The position numbers were made by a program, and so were the translations under genes. Of a stretch of DNA of 64,000 bases, positions 44,122 to 52,691 are shown piece after piece (position 1 is the stretch's first letter; every line of letters begins with the position of its first letter). This stretch comes from Acidobacteriota bacterium (lineage in GTDB: Bacteria; Acidobacteriota; Vicinamibacteria; Vicinamibacterales; UBA8438): assembly GCA_009838525.1 (NCBI GenBank), contig VXRJ01000019.1:9932-73931 (forward strand). Reading direction: 5' to 3'. The notes below the pieces were generated by a model. It did no database searches. It saw only the letters and a program-made list of their open reading frames with translations, and had not been told where the DNA came from.

Positions 44122-44723
44122 GGCCGCACCTCCTTGAGTGCGCGGCGAAGCGCCGCCCGCCCGCGCGCGAGGCGCGACTTGACAGCGCCGACGGAAACAT
44201 CGAGCGAGAAGGCGATGTCCTGATAGCGCATGCCGTGCAGCTCGCGCAGGATCACGGCGGTCCGCTGATCGAATGGCAACGTCGCGATGGCCGCGCGCAT
44301 CCGATCCGCAAGACGCCGGCGCTCGAGGCGGACATCGGCGCACGTTCCGTTCGGAGCCGCCGGCTCGCCGTTAGTCTCGGCGTAGGCTTCGTCGAGGGAC
44401 ACCTGGGAGATGCGCCCGCGCCGCGCCCACCAGCGCCGCCGGTTTCGGGCCTGGTTGATGGTGATCCGGTAGATCCAGGTCCGCAACGCGGCATCGCCGC
44501 GGAAGGTGCGGAGCGTCCGGAAGACGCGCAGGAATACCTCCTGGGACAGGTCGAGCGCCTCCTCCCGGTCGCCCAGCAGCGCGCACGCCAACTGGAACAC
44601 CATCCCCTGATGGGTTTCGACCAGTTCGGAACAGGCGTCCTCGTCGCCGGCAACGCACCGCTCGACCAGCGACGATTCCGCCGTGGTGACGCCCGACCAC
44701 TCGACTGCCGACGTGGTGCGCAT
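44115..44723 (-). CDS. ECF (sigma-70 family group IV) RNA polymerase sigma factor
   Basis: Start MRTTSAVEWSG...; the track ORF extends to 45092. Region 2 ALDLSQEVFLRVFRTLRTFRGDAALRTWIYRITIN. Region 4 MRYQDIAFSLDVSVGAVKSRLARGR. Confidence 0.9.
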   Translation of the reverse strand: MRTTSAVEWSGVTTAESSLVERCVAGDEDACSELVETHQGMVFQLACALLGDREEALDLSQEVFLRVFRTLRTFRGDAALRTWIYRITINQARNRRRWWARRGRISQVSLDEAYAETNGEPAAPNGTCADVRLERRRLADRMRAAIATLPFDQRTAVILRELHGMRYQDIAFSLDVSVGAVKSRLARGRAALRRALKEVRPC

Positions 44724-44787
44724 TCGCTCGTCCTCGCGTTGGACCCGGAAGCGTCGTCCCGCTGCAAGCGTCGCACGCCTCGCGCGT

Positions 44788-44827
44788 TTGCGCAAGCTGG
44801 CGCGCCCTTGCGGGCGCGCCGGCGCAA
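44788..44827. other. Strong composite GC hairpin in the 274-nt sigma/SpmAB divergent intergenic region
   Basis: TTGCGC-aagct-GGCGCGCCC-ttgc-GGGCGCGCC-g-GCGCAA: a perfect 9-bp inner stem plus a 6-bp outer stem. Confidence 0.5.
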
Positions 44828-44997
44828 CTCCCAGCGGGCCTGCTCGGGCCGGTGCCCCCCTCATTGTTGGACACCGGCCGGATCGGAAAGTCTCGGGGCC
44901 CTGACGGGCACGCGACCTTCTTGCGCGATCTGCTGGAGAAGCGACTGCTATACCATTCGCTCCGGCGGGCTGGCTGCCGGCCCGCGCGTGAGTTCCC

Positions 44998-46329
44998 ATG
45001 CTGAACGCCCTCTTCGTCGCGGTCACGCTGCTCTCGGTTCTCATTGCGGCGGCAACCGGCCGGATGGAAGCGCTGACCGGTTCCATCGTCACGTCCGCGC
45101 GAAGCGCGGTCGAACTGGCGATTGGACTCGTGGGCGTGATGGCCTTCTTCCTCGGACTGATGCGCGTCGCCGAACAGGGGGGGGTGATGTCGGCCCTCGC
45201 GCGCGTGGTCCGGCCGGTGATGCGCCGGCTGTTTCCCGAAATCCCGGCGGATCATCCGGCAATCAGCGCCATGATCCTGAACATCTCGGCCAACATGCTG
45301 GGGCTGGGAAACGCCGCGACGCCATTCGGCATCAAGGCGATCCAGGAGCTGGACCGACTGAACAGCCGTCCCGGGACGGCGACCAACGCCATGACGTTGT
45401 TCCTGGCGATCAACACCGCGGGGCTTGCGTTGCTGCCGACGGGGATGATCGGCGTCCGCGCCGCCCTCGGCTCGAACGACCCGGCGGGAATCGTCGCCAC
45501 CACGTGGTTCGCCAGCGGGATGGCAACGGTGGTCGGAATCACCGCCGCGATCCTCCTGGCGCGACTGCCACGCTATCAGCGTAGCGAGCCGCCTCCAGTC
45601 GCCACGGACGCCCTCACCGAAGGCGGCGCCGCGCTGAACGCGGTGGCCGACCCGGCCGGCGACGCCGCCGTGGACGAACCTCCACTACCGCCGGAACGGG
45701 CGCCGGCACGCGTCTGGGCCGCGCGGGGCTTCTGGCTCGTCGTATTGGCTCTGGCGGCACGCGATTTGCTGTCGCGCCTGGGCGCCGAACCGCTGACGGA
45801 GGCCATCCGCGGCATCACCTCGTTCTGGATGTTGCCGGCGATCGTCGCGGCGTTCGTGCTTTACGGCTGGGTGCGGCGGGTTCGGGTGTACGACGCGTTG
45901 GTGGAGGGAGCAAGACAGGGGTTCGACGTCGCGCTGCGGATCATTCCCTACCTGGTGGCGATACTGGTCGCGGTCGGCATGTTCCGCGCCGCGGGCGGGA
46001 TCGATGCGCTGGTAGGGGTGCTGGGACCGATCACCGGCCTCGTTGGACTCCCGGCGGAAGTGCTGCCGGTGGCGCTGCTCCGGCCGCTCAGCGGATCCGG
46101 CGCGCTGGGAGTGGCGTCGGAAACACTGACCGCGTACGGCCCCGATTCCCTGATCGGCTATCTCGCCAGCACGATCTACGGCAGCACGGAAACCACGTTC
46201 TATACGCTGGCCGTCTACTTCGGCGCGATCGGCGTCCGGCAGACGCGCCACACACTGCCAGCCTGCCTGCTGGCGGACGCCGCAGGCATCCTGGCCGCGA
46301 CGGCAATCGTCAATCTGCTGTTCGGCTGA
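44998..46329 (+). CDS. Nucleoside-recognition-domain membrane protein (fused SpmA/SpmB-like)
   Basis: 443 aa. N-terminal half ...ISANMLGLGNAATPFGIKAIQEL (SpmA-like). C-terminal half SpmB-like ...LRPLSGSGALG. Confidence 0.85.
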   Translation: MLNALFVAVTLLSVLIAAATGRMEALTGSIVTSARSAVELAIGLVGVMAFFLGLMRVAEQGGVMSALARVVRPVMRRLFPEIPADHPAISAMILNISANMLGLGNAATPFGIKAIQELDRLNSRPGTATNAMTLFLAINTAGLALLPTGMIGVRAALGSNDPAGIVATTWFASGMATVVGITAAILLARLPRYQRSEPPPVATDALTEGGAALNAVADPAGDAAVDEPPLPPERAPARVWAARGFWLVVLALAARDLLSRLGAEPLTEAIRGITSFWMLPAIVAAFVLYGWVRRVRVYDALVEGARQGFDVALRIIPYLVAILVAVGMFRAAGGIDALVGVLGPITGLVGLPAEVLPVALLRPLSGSGALGVASETLTAYGPDSLIGYLASTIYGSTETTFYTLAVYFGAIGVRQTRHTLPACLLADAAGILAATAIVNLLFG

Positions 46330-46350
46330 CGACCGGCTTCACTACGGTGC

Positions 46351-46368
46351 GCCGGCCTCCAGGCCGGC
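46351..46368. repeat. GC hairpin gccggcc-tcca-ggccggc (reverse complement of the 25883-25900 element)
   Basis: Lies in the convergent intergenic region between 46329 and 46382. Confidence 0.6.
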
Positions 46369-46381
46369 CCATTTCGGCGTC

Positions 46382-46819
46382 CTAGGGATCGAATGGAATC
46401 TCGTGAAGCGCCGCCGGATCGTCGGACAGGGGTGTCTCCCCCGCGGCAACACGGTTGCCCCGGAGGATGGCGGCGACGATGGCGGCTGATTGCTCCGCAG
46501 TCAGGGTCCCGGGGGCATCCTGCGGCATGGTTTCCTGGATGTACTCGAACATCTCACCGAGCGAGCGGCCTCGCCAGTTATTCCGGAAAGTGTGGTCACC
46601 CAGCAGGGCGGCCATCTCCGGAACGATGGCGCGCAACTCGCCGTGGCAGACGGTGCACTGCTCCTCGTACAGTGCCTCTCCGGCATCCGCCTGGGCATCG
46701 GCGTAGATGCCATCCTGCGCGGTGACGGGAGACGTCGGCAGGATCTTCAGGGCGAACGCGGCTCCCGCCACACCACAGGCTGCCATGGTCGCGCCGCGGA
46801 GGAAAGCGGCAACGCGCAT
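46382..46819 (-). CDS. c-type cytochrome (class I), secreted
   Basis: 145 aa. EALYEEQCTVCHGEL and a distal Met candidate in IQETMPQD. Confidence 0.8.
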   Translation of the reverse strand: MRVAAFLRGATMAACGVAGAAFALKILPTSPVTAQDGIYADAQADAGEALYEEQCTVCHGELRAIVPEMAALLGDHTFRNNWRGRSLGEMFEYIQETMPQDAPGTLTAEQSAAIVAAILRGNRVAAGETPLSDDPAALHEIPFDP

Positions 46820-46836
46820 CCGAACCGATCCGGGCG

Positions 46837-47871
46837 CTACTGATCCAGGACGACGGTGGCGTTCCGCTTCGGCACCTGGCCGCCGGTCGGAATGTCAGCC
46901 ACCACCTCTACGCTCTGGATGTCGACCGCCGCGACGCGGTTCTCACCCGAGATCGAGATGTAGGCGATCTTGCTGTCCGGCGTGATGGTGATCCAGTTGG
47001 GCGAGTGGCCCACGCGAACGCCGCCGACCAGTTCCAGGTCGGGGATCGTATAGACGTAGACGCTGCTGTTCAGACTGGAGTTCGCCACCAGGTACTGGTT
47101 GTCCGGCGTGACCCCGAGGCCATGCGCCGTGTTGCCGCCATGGCCCGGCGTCTGCTCGTCCATTGGAAGGGTCGGGAACTCGATCCGCTTGATTTCCTTG
47201 CGGGTCGCGAAATCGATGACCGCGAAGCCGTTGTAGTTGGAAAGCTGCGCATAGACGTACCGCGTCGAGCCGTCCGGGTTGACGTCCATCGCCATCGGCC
47301 GGATGCCGCGGTCGAAGTACGTGGTCCAGACCGGCCGGTCCGCCTCGGTGTCCACCACCGTCAGGTTCCGCGCACCGATCATGCCGGCGAGCGCGTACTT
47401 GCCGTCGGGCGTGACGTACGTGTTGTGAACGCCGCCATGGACCGAGATCGTCGCGATCATCTCGTTGGTCGACGTGTCCATCACGTCGAGGGCGCCCGGC
47501 GCCTGTGCGATCGCCGTGTACACCTTCTTCCCGTCCGGCGTGATCGCAATGTTGTTTGGGCGGCCGCTGAGTGGGACCTTCTCGATCACTTCCAGCGACC
47601 TCATGTCGACGATGTCGACGGTGTCGTCGGACTCGTTCGCCACGTACAGCAGCTTGCCGTCGGGCGACGGAACCGCGCCGTGCGCGCGCTCGATTCCCTT
47701 GATCTCGCCTACCACCTGGTTGGTCGTCGGATCGATCACGTGGACGTTGTCACCCGCGCTGTTGGTCTGGATGATCCGGACGGTCTGCGCCGACGCCGCC
47801 GGCGCGAACGCCAACGCGACGACCGCGGCCGCCGCCGCAAGTCCGATCCACCGGGATGTCGTCGTTGCCAT
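46837..47871 (-). CDS. YVTN-family / cytochrome-d1-like 7-bladed beta-propeller protein, secreted
   Basis: 344 aa with signal peptide and AGGAGAGG SD. Repeats of the type LYVANESDDTVDIVD / AYISISGENRVAAVD. Confidence 0.85.
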   Translation of the reverse strand: MATTTSRWIGLAAAAAVVALAFAPAASAQTVRIIQTNSAGDNVHVIDPTTNQVVGEIKGIERAHGAVPSPDGKLLYVANESDDTVDIVDMRSLEVIEKVPLSGRPNNIAITPDGKKVYTAIAQAPGALDVMDTSTNEMIATISVHGGVHNTYVTPDGKYALAGMIGARNLTVVDTEADRPVWTTYFDRGIRPMAMDVNPDGSTRYVYAQLSNYNGFAVIDFATRKEIKRIEFPTLPMDEQTPGHGGNTAHGLGVTPDNQYLVANSSLNSSVYVYTIPDLELVGGVRVGHSPNWITITPDSKIAYISISGENRVAAVDIQSVEVVADIPTGGQVPKRNATVVLDQ

Positions 47872-47949
47872 TCTGTTGCCTCTCCTGTGCTTGTGTCGCC
47901 GTTGCTGCGTTCGCTCACACGCTCACGACCGCTCGGCCTGCCATGGCGC

Positions 47950-48348
47950 CTACTGTAACGTGGCGCCGTTCACCCACTCCGACAGGGTTACGAACCACGG
48001 ATCCTCCTGCGAACTGAACTGCCGCCCGCCATTGTGGAACTCGTCTCCGCCAGCGGCTGGTTCGAGCGGATGCATCAGGAGCCGGCTCTCCGTTGGCTGG
48101 CCCGGCGTGACCAAGCGCATGAGCGACTCGAAGTTGGCGCGTGACTGCTCCTCCGTCCACATGTCCGCACCGGACTCGAGTTCCTGCAGGAAGCCGGCCG
48201 ATCCCTCCGTGTGGCAGACGACGCAACGCGTGAAGCCTTCCTTCCGTTCCAGGAAAATCGGCTCCACTCGGGTGCGGTAGAACTCGAAATCGAGCTGGGG
48301 AGACGCGGGCTGCAGCGTCGCCGTCATCAGTGCCAGAATCCAGAACAC
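47950..48348 (-). CDS. Small haem-binding protein (planctomycete-cytochrome-C-like CxxCH)
   Basis: 132 aa with a GTG start and GGAGGG SD. FYRTRVEPIFLERKEGFTRCVVCHTEG. Confidence 0.6.
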   Translation of the reverse strand: MFWILALMTATLQPASPQLDFEFYRTRVEPIFLERKEGFTRCVVCHTEGSAGFLQELESGADMWTEEQSRANFESLMRLVTPGQPTESRLLMHPLEPAAGGDEFHNGGRQFSSQEDPWFVTLSEWVNGATLQ

Positions 48349-48478
48349 GGCACACCCTCCCCTTGACCGCTGTCCGGCGATTCTACCACCGCCGGAATCG
48401 ATTGCCTATTCCCCTTGCCACCGCTCCACCGCGGGATAGAATGCGTGCGATCCGGGCGGCAAACCAGGAGGGGCGGCC

Positions 48479-49201
48479 ATGGCCATCTCGCGACGCAAGG
48501 CAATCTCCATTTCGGGTTCCACCCTCGCGGGGCTATCGCTGGGCGTTGTCCACCCCACGAGGGCGCATGCCGGTCAGGCCGGCGCGCAGGAGGACTGGCC
48601 GGACCAGCTTGTCGAACGGCCCCTGCGCGACGGATTCCCGGCGCCGCTACCCCTCAATCCGGACGGGTCGGCGCCCGAGCATCCGGAGAGCGCCGCGGGC
48701 CCCATCAGCGACCCTGCTCTGTGGCGCACCGAGGGTCGCCAGACTCCCCAGATCGACTTCGACTACCGCCGGATGCAAATCAAGGTGGACACGCGCGGCC
48801 TCGGCAGGCTGGCCGGGACGCTGCGCTTCTCGGATATCGAGGCGCTGCCGATCGTCTCCCGTACTTTCCTGCTGCAATGCGGGGCGCCGAACCCGCGCGG
48901 CATCGTCAAGTGGACCGGCGTCCGCTTCAGCGACTTCGCCGACATGCTGGGCCTTGTCCCGGGAGTTCACTACTGCCGGTTCGTCGGGTCGGACCGTTTC
49001 TACGTGGACGAGCCGATGACGACGCTGCGGCGCCCGCAGGTGATGCTGGCCTGGTTGATGAACGACGAGCCGATCGCGCCGAGGCACGGGGCGCCGCTGA
49101 GGTTGATCGTCCCGTTCCGCTACGGCAACCGCAGCATCAAGGCAATCACCGAGATGATTTTCTCGACGCCGGGGCCGCGCATGCCGCCGCTCCCGGCGTA
49201 A
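48479..49201 (+). CDS. Molybdopterin-binding oxidoreductase, sulfite-oxidase/MsrP(YedY) family, Tat-exported
   Basis: 240 aa with AGGAGG SD. SRRKAISISGSTLAGLSL Tat-like signal. LLQCGAPNPRG is the Mo-Cys block. GAPLRLIVPFRYGNRSIKAITEMIF. Confidence 0.85.
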   Translation: MAISRRKAISISGSTLAGLSLGVVHPTRAHAGQAGAQEDWPDQLVERPLRDGFPAPLPLNPDGSAPEHPESAAGPISDPALWRTEGRQTPQIDFDYRRMQIKVDTRGLGRLAGTLRFSDIEALPIVSRTFLLQCGAPNPRGIVKWTGVRFSDFADMLGLVPGVHYCRFVGSDRFYVDEPMTTLRRPQVMLAWLMNDEPIAPRHGAPLRLIVPFRYGNRSIKAITEMIFSTPGPRMPPLPA

Positions 49202-49245
49202 GTGGCGGCTCGCGAGCCGCCAGGTTGAACAGGAGGACCCAGAGA

Positions 49246-50112
49246 ATGACGTATTCGACAGGCCGCAAGCTGATGAAGTGGTGGTTTCCGGTACTGGCCG
49301 TCGCACTGGGGGGAGCGGTGTCAACCGCTTGCGGAGCGGACATGGGCGTCGCCCAGCCGCAGGTACGCCTCAACAAGGTGATCGAGGCTATCGAGGACGG
49401 ACGGCCCGCCATCGCCAACCAGGACTGGCGTTTCGTCGACATGGAGCACTCCGCCTTCTCGGGCGAGCGGATCGACCGCGTGCTGGAGGAGATGGACCAG
49501 GATCGCGACGAGACGGGCCGGATGACGTTGACGCCAATGGTCCGGATCCCGATGGACGGCGACGAGGACTTCAAGTGGGCGATCAAGCAGGTGCTCGATC
49601 TGGGCGGCTTCGGGGTCATCGTGCCGCATGTCGACACCGCGGAAGAGGCGGACCGGCTGGTCCGCGCGGTCCGTTATCCGCCCGCCCGGGACGCCGCACA
49701 GCCCGAGCCGCGAGGTGAACGCGGTTGGGGACCGGGCGGAGCGATCCGGCGCTGGCAAGTCGCGGATGCCGGCGAGTACTACGCGAAGGCGGACGTCTGG
49801 CCCCTCAACCCGGACGGCGAGTTGTTCGTCGTGGCCATGATCGAGTCCGCCGAGGCGGTAGCCAACCTGGAAGCCATCCTGCAGACGGCGGTGAGCGCCA
49901 TCATGGTAGTGCCGGGTGACATGAGCATCGACCTCGGTCTCGGACCCGCCCCCGGACCCGAGAACCATCCGGAGGTGGAAGAGACGTTCACCCGGGTGCG
50001 CGAGATCTGCCAGGCGCAGGATCGCGTCATCTGCGGCATCGGCGACGGCGCCGCCCGGCTGCAGCAACGGATCGACGAGGGCTGGGGCTTCATCCTCCCC
50101 CTCGGCGGCTAG
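49246..50112 (+). CDS. HpcH/HpaI-family (class II aldolase / citrate-lyase beta-like) protein with an N-terminal lipoprotein-type signal
   Basis: ATG after AGGAGGA; the track ORF 48415..50112 has a spurious N-terminal part. MKWWFPVLAVALGGAVSTAC, then VDMEH, VRIP, LDLGGFGVIVPHVDTAEEA...YPP, MIES and VPGDMSIDLG blocks. Confidence 0.8.
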   Translation: MTYSTGRKLMKWWFPVLAVALGGAVSTACGADMGVAQPQVRLNKVIEAIEDGRPAIANQDWRFVDMEHSAFSGERIDRVLEEMDQDRDETGRMTLTPMVRIPMDGDEDFKWAIKQVLDLGGFGVIVPHVDTAEEADRLVRAVRYPPARDAAQPEPRGERGWGPGGAIRRWQVADAGEYYAKADVWPLNPDGELFVVAMIESAEAVANLEAILQTAVSAIMVVPGDMSIDLGLGPAPGPENHPEVEETFTRVREICQAQDRVICGIGDGAARLQQRIDEGWGFILPLGG

Positions 50113-50135
50113 CGCGCCCTGGCGTGCGCCTCGCG

Positions 50136-52238
50136 CTACTTCGCCAGCGGATCGGGGCGAACCTGGAACTTGACTGCCTTCTGCAGAGTCCCGGGGCCGC
50201 CTTCCAAGTGCCAGGCGGCGTAGTTCGAATAGCTCGACCAGAGCCCCTTCCCCTTCCAGCCCGTCGCCGGATCGTCGATCCGGCCGACTGACGAACGGGA
50301 GAAGAATCCGAGCGGATACGGCACCCGCAGCGTGACGAACTCGCCGGTCGAGGGAATGAACACCTCGAGCGAGTCGGTGTTCACGACGCCGTAGACCGGG
50401 GTCTCCGGCCCGAAGCCGAGCACGTCGTGGTGGTCGATCTGCGTCAGATAGCTCTCGTCCGAATTGATCGGCATCGTCGCATTCTCGTAGGTCGGCTTCT
50501 CCATCCGGTGGAGCGTCCATCCCTCCGGGCAGCTCTGGCCCGTCGCGGTCGGTCCGTTCGTCACGCTGCAGACGCTTCGGTCGAACGCGGCGAAGTGGCC
50601 GCTGCCCCGCCAGTCCTGATAGATGATGCCGTCGCGCGTTATGTGGAGTCCGCCGCTTCCGTACGGCTGGGGATCCGCCGCGGTCGGAGGCGGCATGTAC
50701 ACCTCCGCGATACAGCTCTCCGGCGGATTGTCACCGAGCTCCAGGCGGACGAGGGTGTTGTCGTCACGGCCGTTGTCCGAGCACCAGACGCTGCCATCCG
50801 CTGCGTTGACCGCGGGTGAGTAGCAGCCGTAGGCGATGCGGTGGTCGCGCGATGGGTCGACCGGCTCGCCCGGCTCGGTCCAGCCCGGCGTGATGACGCC
50901 GTCGCCGTTCGTGTCGATGACGGTCGGGCACCACCCCTGGGAGGCCTCGACGTCACCCGTCTCGTCCCACAGCTCGACGTCAATCCAGCCCACGCCCTCA
51001 CGGAAGCCATAGTAGAAGCGTTCGTCGTGGCCGAGCTGGTTATGGTCGGCCGAGTAGCAGGTGTCGATCTCGCTGAACGTCTCCGTGGGCGGGTCGTACA
51101 GGAAGACCTGCCGCGTCCCCACCTCGATCGGGAAGTACGCCGCAAACGGGTTGTCGCCGTCCGTGCAGAACGACGGTTGTTCGTCCGGTCCGCGCACCCG
51201 TCCGGTCAGCCAGACGCGCCCGTCGCCGTCCATGGCGACACTTCGCGGGTCGGCGGAACGGGCCCAGATCGGCTCGTCGCCGTAGTAAGGCGACGTCGGC
51301 GTGTCAGTCAGGATGCGGGGCGCGCTCGATGGAATCGGGATGTTGAACGCGCGGTGCTCCACTGGATCGATCACGGCCAGGATGTCGCTCGGCTGAACGA
51401 CGCCGTACACCAGGCCGTTCGCGTTCACTGTCCCGTCTCGGACGTCGGACGGCGCGCTGTCGGTCCGCCCGTCGGTCTCGGTCCCCCAGTCCCAGAGCGT
51501 GACGACGATGTTCCGTTCGGCGCCCGTCGGACGCGGCGGCGTCTGTGCCGGCACCTCCCCCGCCGCAATGCGGTCGGTCCAGTCGGCGAACATCTCGCGC
51601 TGATCCCCCAAGCCGCGCCACATGCCCGCCATGGACGACCCCATCGGCCCCATCGCGACCCGTCGATCCCACGCATCGAAGTGGGAATCGGCGTTGGCCA
51701 GAATGCTCCCGGGAATCTCGCGGGTCGCCTGATTGCCTACCTGGTGGCAATTGAGACACCCGGTGACGCGACTTCCCAGTTCCTGCTGCGACTGCTCGCC
51801 CTCCGGCAAGTGCATCATCGAGAGCCACCAGGCGGCGGGATAGACATGGGCGGCAGCGATCGGATCCGGCGCGACCGTGGCATCGAGGTCGAGTCGGGCG
51901 CCCGGTTGCGCGGCAACCGGGTCCGAGTCGACCAGGCCGTAGCCACGCACCCAAACGTCGTAGGTCGCCGCCGGCAGGTCGGGCAGCACGTAGCGCCCCT
52001 GATCGTCTGTGGCCACGATCCGAATGAAGCGGGTTGGAAGATCGGTCGTCTCGGCAACCACCCAGACGCCCGCCTCCGGGCCGGCCCCACTCGTCACAAC
52101 GCCGCCGATATCGTCCGGGTCGAGGGCGATGCCGTCCGCCGGCCCATCGGACGGACCCAATTCGCCGCAGGCGATCGCCGCCGCCGCCAGCGCCGCGGCC
52201 GTCAATCCCCACCAAGTCGTCCGTGCGCGTCGTGTCAT
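50136..52238 (-). CDS. Large secreted protein: carboxypeptidase-regulatory-like domain + single CxxCH + C-terminal repeat region, unknown function
   Basis: Start MTRRARTTWWGLTAAALAAAAIAC, with ATGA overlap to the upstream gene. GVVTSGAGPEAGVWVVAE...DDQGRYVLPDLPAATYDVWV and then TGCLNCHQVGN. Confidence 0.75.
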   Translation of the reverse strand: MTRRARTTWWGLTAAALAAAAIACGELGPSDGPADGIALDPDDIGGVVTSGAGPEAGVWVVAETTDLPTRFIRIVATDDQGRYVLPDLPAATYDVWVRGYGLVDSDPVAAQPGARLDLDATVAPDPIAAAHVYPAAWWLSMMHLPEGEQSQQELGSRVTGCLNCHQVGNQATREIPGSILANADSHFDAWDRRVAMGPMGSSMAGMWRGLGDQREMFADWTDRIAAGEVPAQTPPRPTGAERNIVVTLWDWGTETDGRTDSAPSDVRDGTVNANGLVYGVVQPSDILAVIDPVEHRAFNIPIPSSAPRILTDTPTSPYYGDEPIWARSADPRSVAMDGDGRVWLTGRVRGPDEQPSFCTDGDNPFAAYFPIEVGTRQVFLYDPPTETFSEIDTCYSADHNQLGHDERFYYGFREGVGWIDVELWDETGDVEASQGWCPTVIDTNGDGVITPGWTEPGEPVDPSRDHRIAYGCYSPAVNAADGSVWCSDNGRDDNTLVRLELGDNPPESCIAEVYMPPPTAADPQPYGSGGLHITRDGIIYQDWRGSGHFAAFDRSVCSVTNGPTATGQSCPEGWTLHRMEKPTYENATMPINSDESYLTQIDHHDVLGFGPETPVYGVVNTDSLEVFIPSTGEFVTLRVPYPLGFFSRSSVGRIDDPATGWKGKGLWSSYSNYAAWHLEGGPGTLQKAVKFQVRPDPLAK

Positions 52239-52687
52239 GGCTCGCTTCCTCCGTAGTCCAGTTCGTCGTAGCCGCCACTCGGCGTCCACTGCACCCGCTT
52301 AACGGGAGGGTTGCCACCCGTGGCCTCGCCCGGCCGGTAGATGTAGACGAGCACCTCGTCGTAGCTTCCCTCAAGCGGGCCGATCAACTCGCGCGCGACT
52401 TCAGCGCCGGTCTCCGGGTCGTTCACTTCCACTTCGATCGTGAAGATCCCGTGCGCGGTCGCCATTCTGACGATCCGCCACGCGTCGTTGGCCAGTTCGG
52501 GGCCCTCGGGTGCGCCGACAGCCACCGGCGCCGACTCATCCCGCGCCTCCGGCCCCGGTTCACCCGCACCGCCGCAGCCGGCTCCCCCCGCTGCGATCAG
52601 CAGCGGGCCCGCAGCCGGCACGAGCACCGAACTCGCCGCCGCCGCGAGCAGCGCGCGGAACCGGCCGCCGCCGCGCGCGCGGCGCAT
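52235..52687 (-). CDS. Hypothetical lipoprotein (150 aa)
   Basis: Start MRRARGGGRFRALLAAAASSVLV...AAGGAGC inside track ORF 52235..52780. Lies 4 nt after the GlcG-like stop. Confidence 0.6.
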   Translation of the reverse strand: MRRARGGGRFRALLAAAASSVLVPAAGPLLIAAGGAGCGGAGEPGPEARDESAPVAVGAPEGPELANDAWRIVRMATAHGIFTIEVEVNDPETGAEVARELIGPLEGSYDEVLVYIYRPGEATGGNPPVKRVQWTPSGGYDELDYGGSEP

Positions 52688-52691
52688 CGTG

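Noticed and set aside
44724-44800. Autoregulated ECF promoter (GGAAC-N16-17-CGTC/TCCAA type) upstream of the sigma gene.
   Set aside because: The only candidate is GGGAC...TCCAA with a 12-nt spacer. A true GGAAC lies about 270 nt upstream, at the SpmAB start. Neither fits the expected spacing.
48415-49245. N-terminal 277 aa of track ORF 48415..50112.
   Set aside because: It is out of frame over the molybdoenzyme gene and Arg/Pro-rich. A strong SD plus ATG at 49246 starts the real HpcH-like protein.
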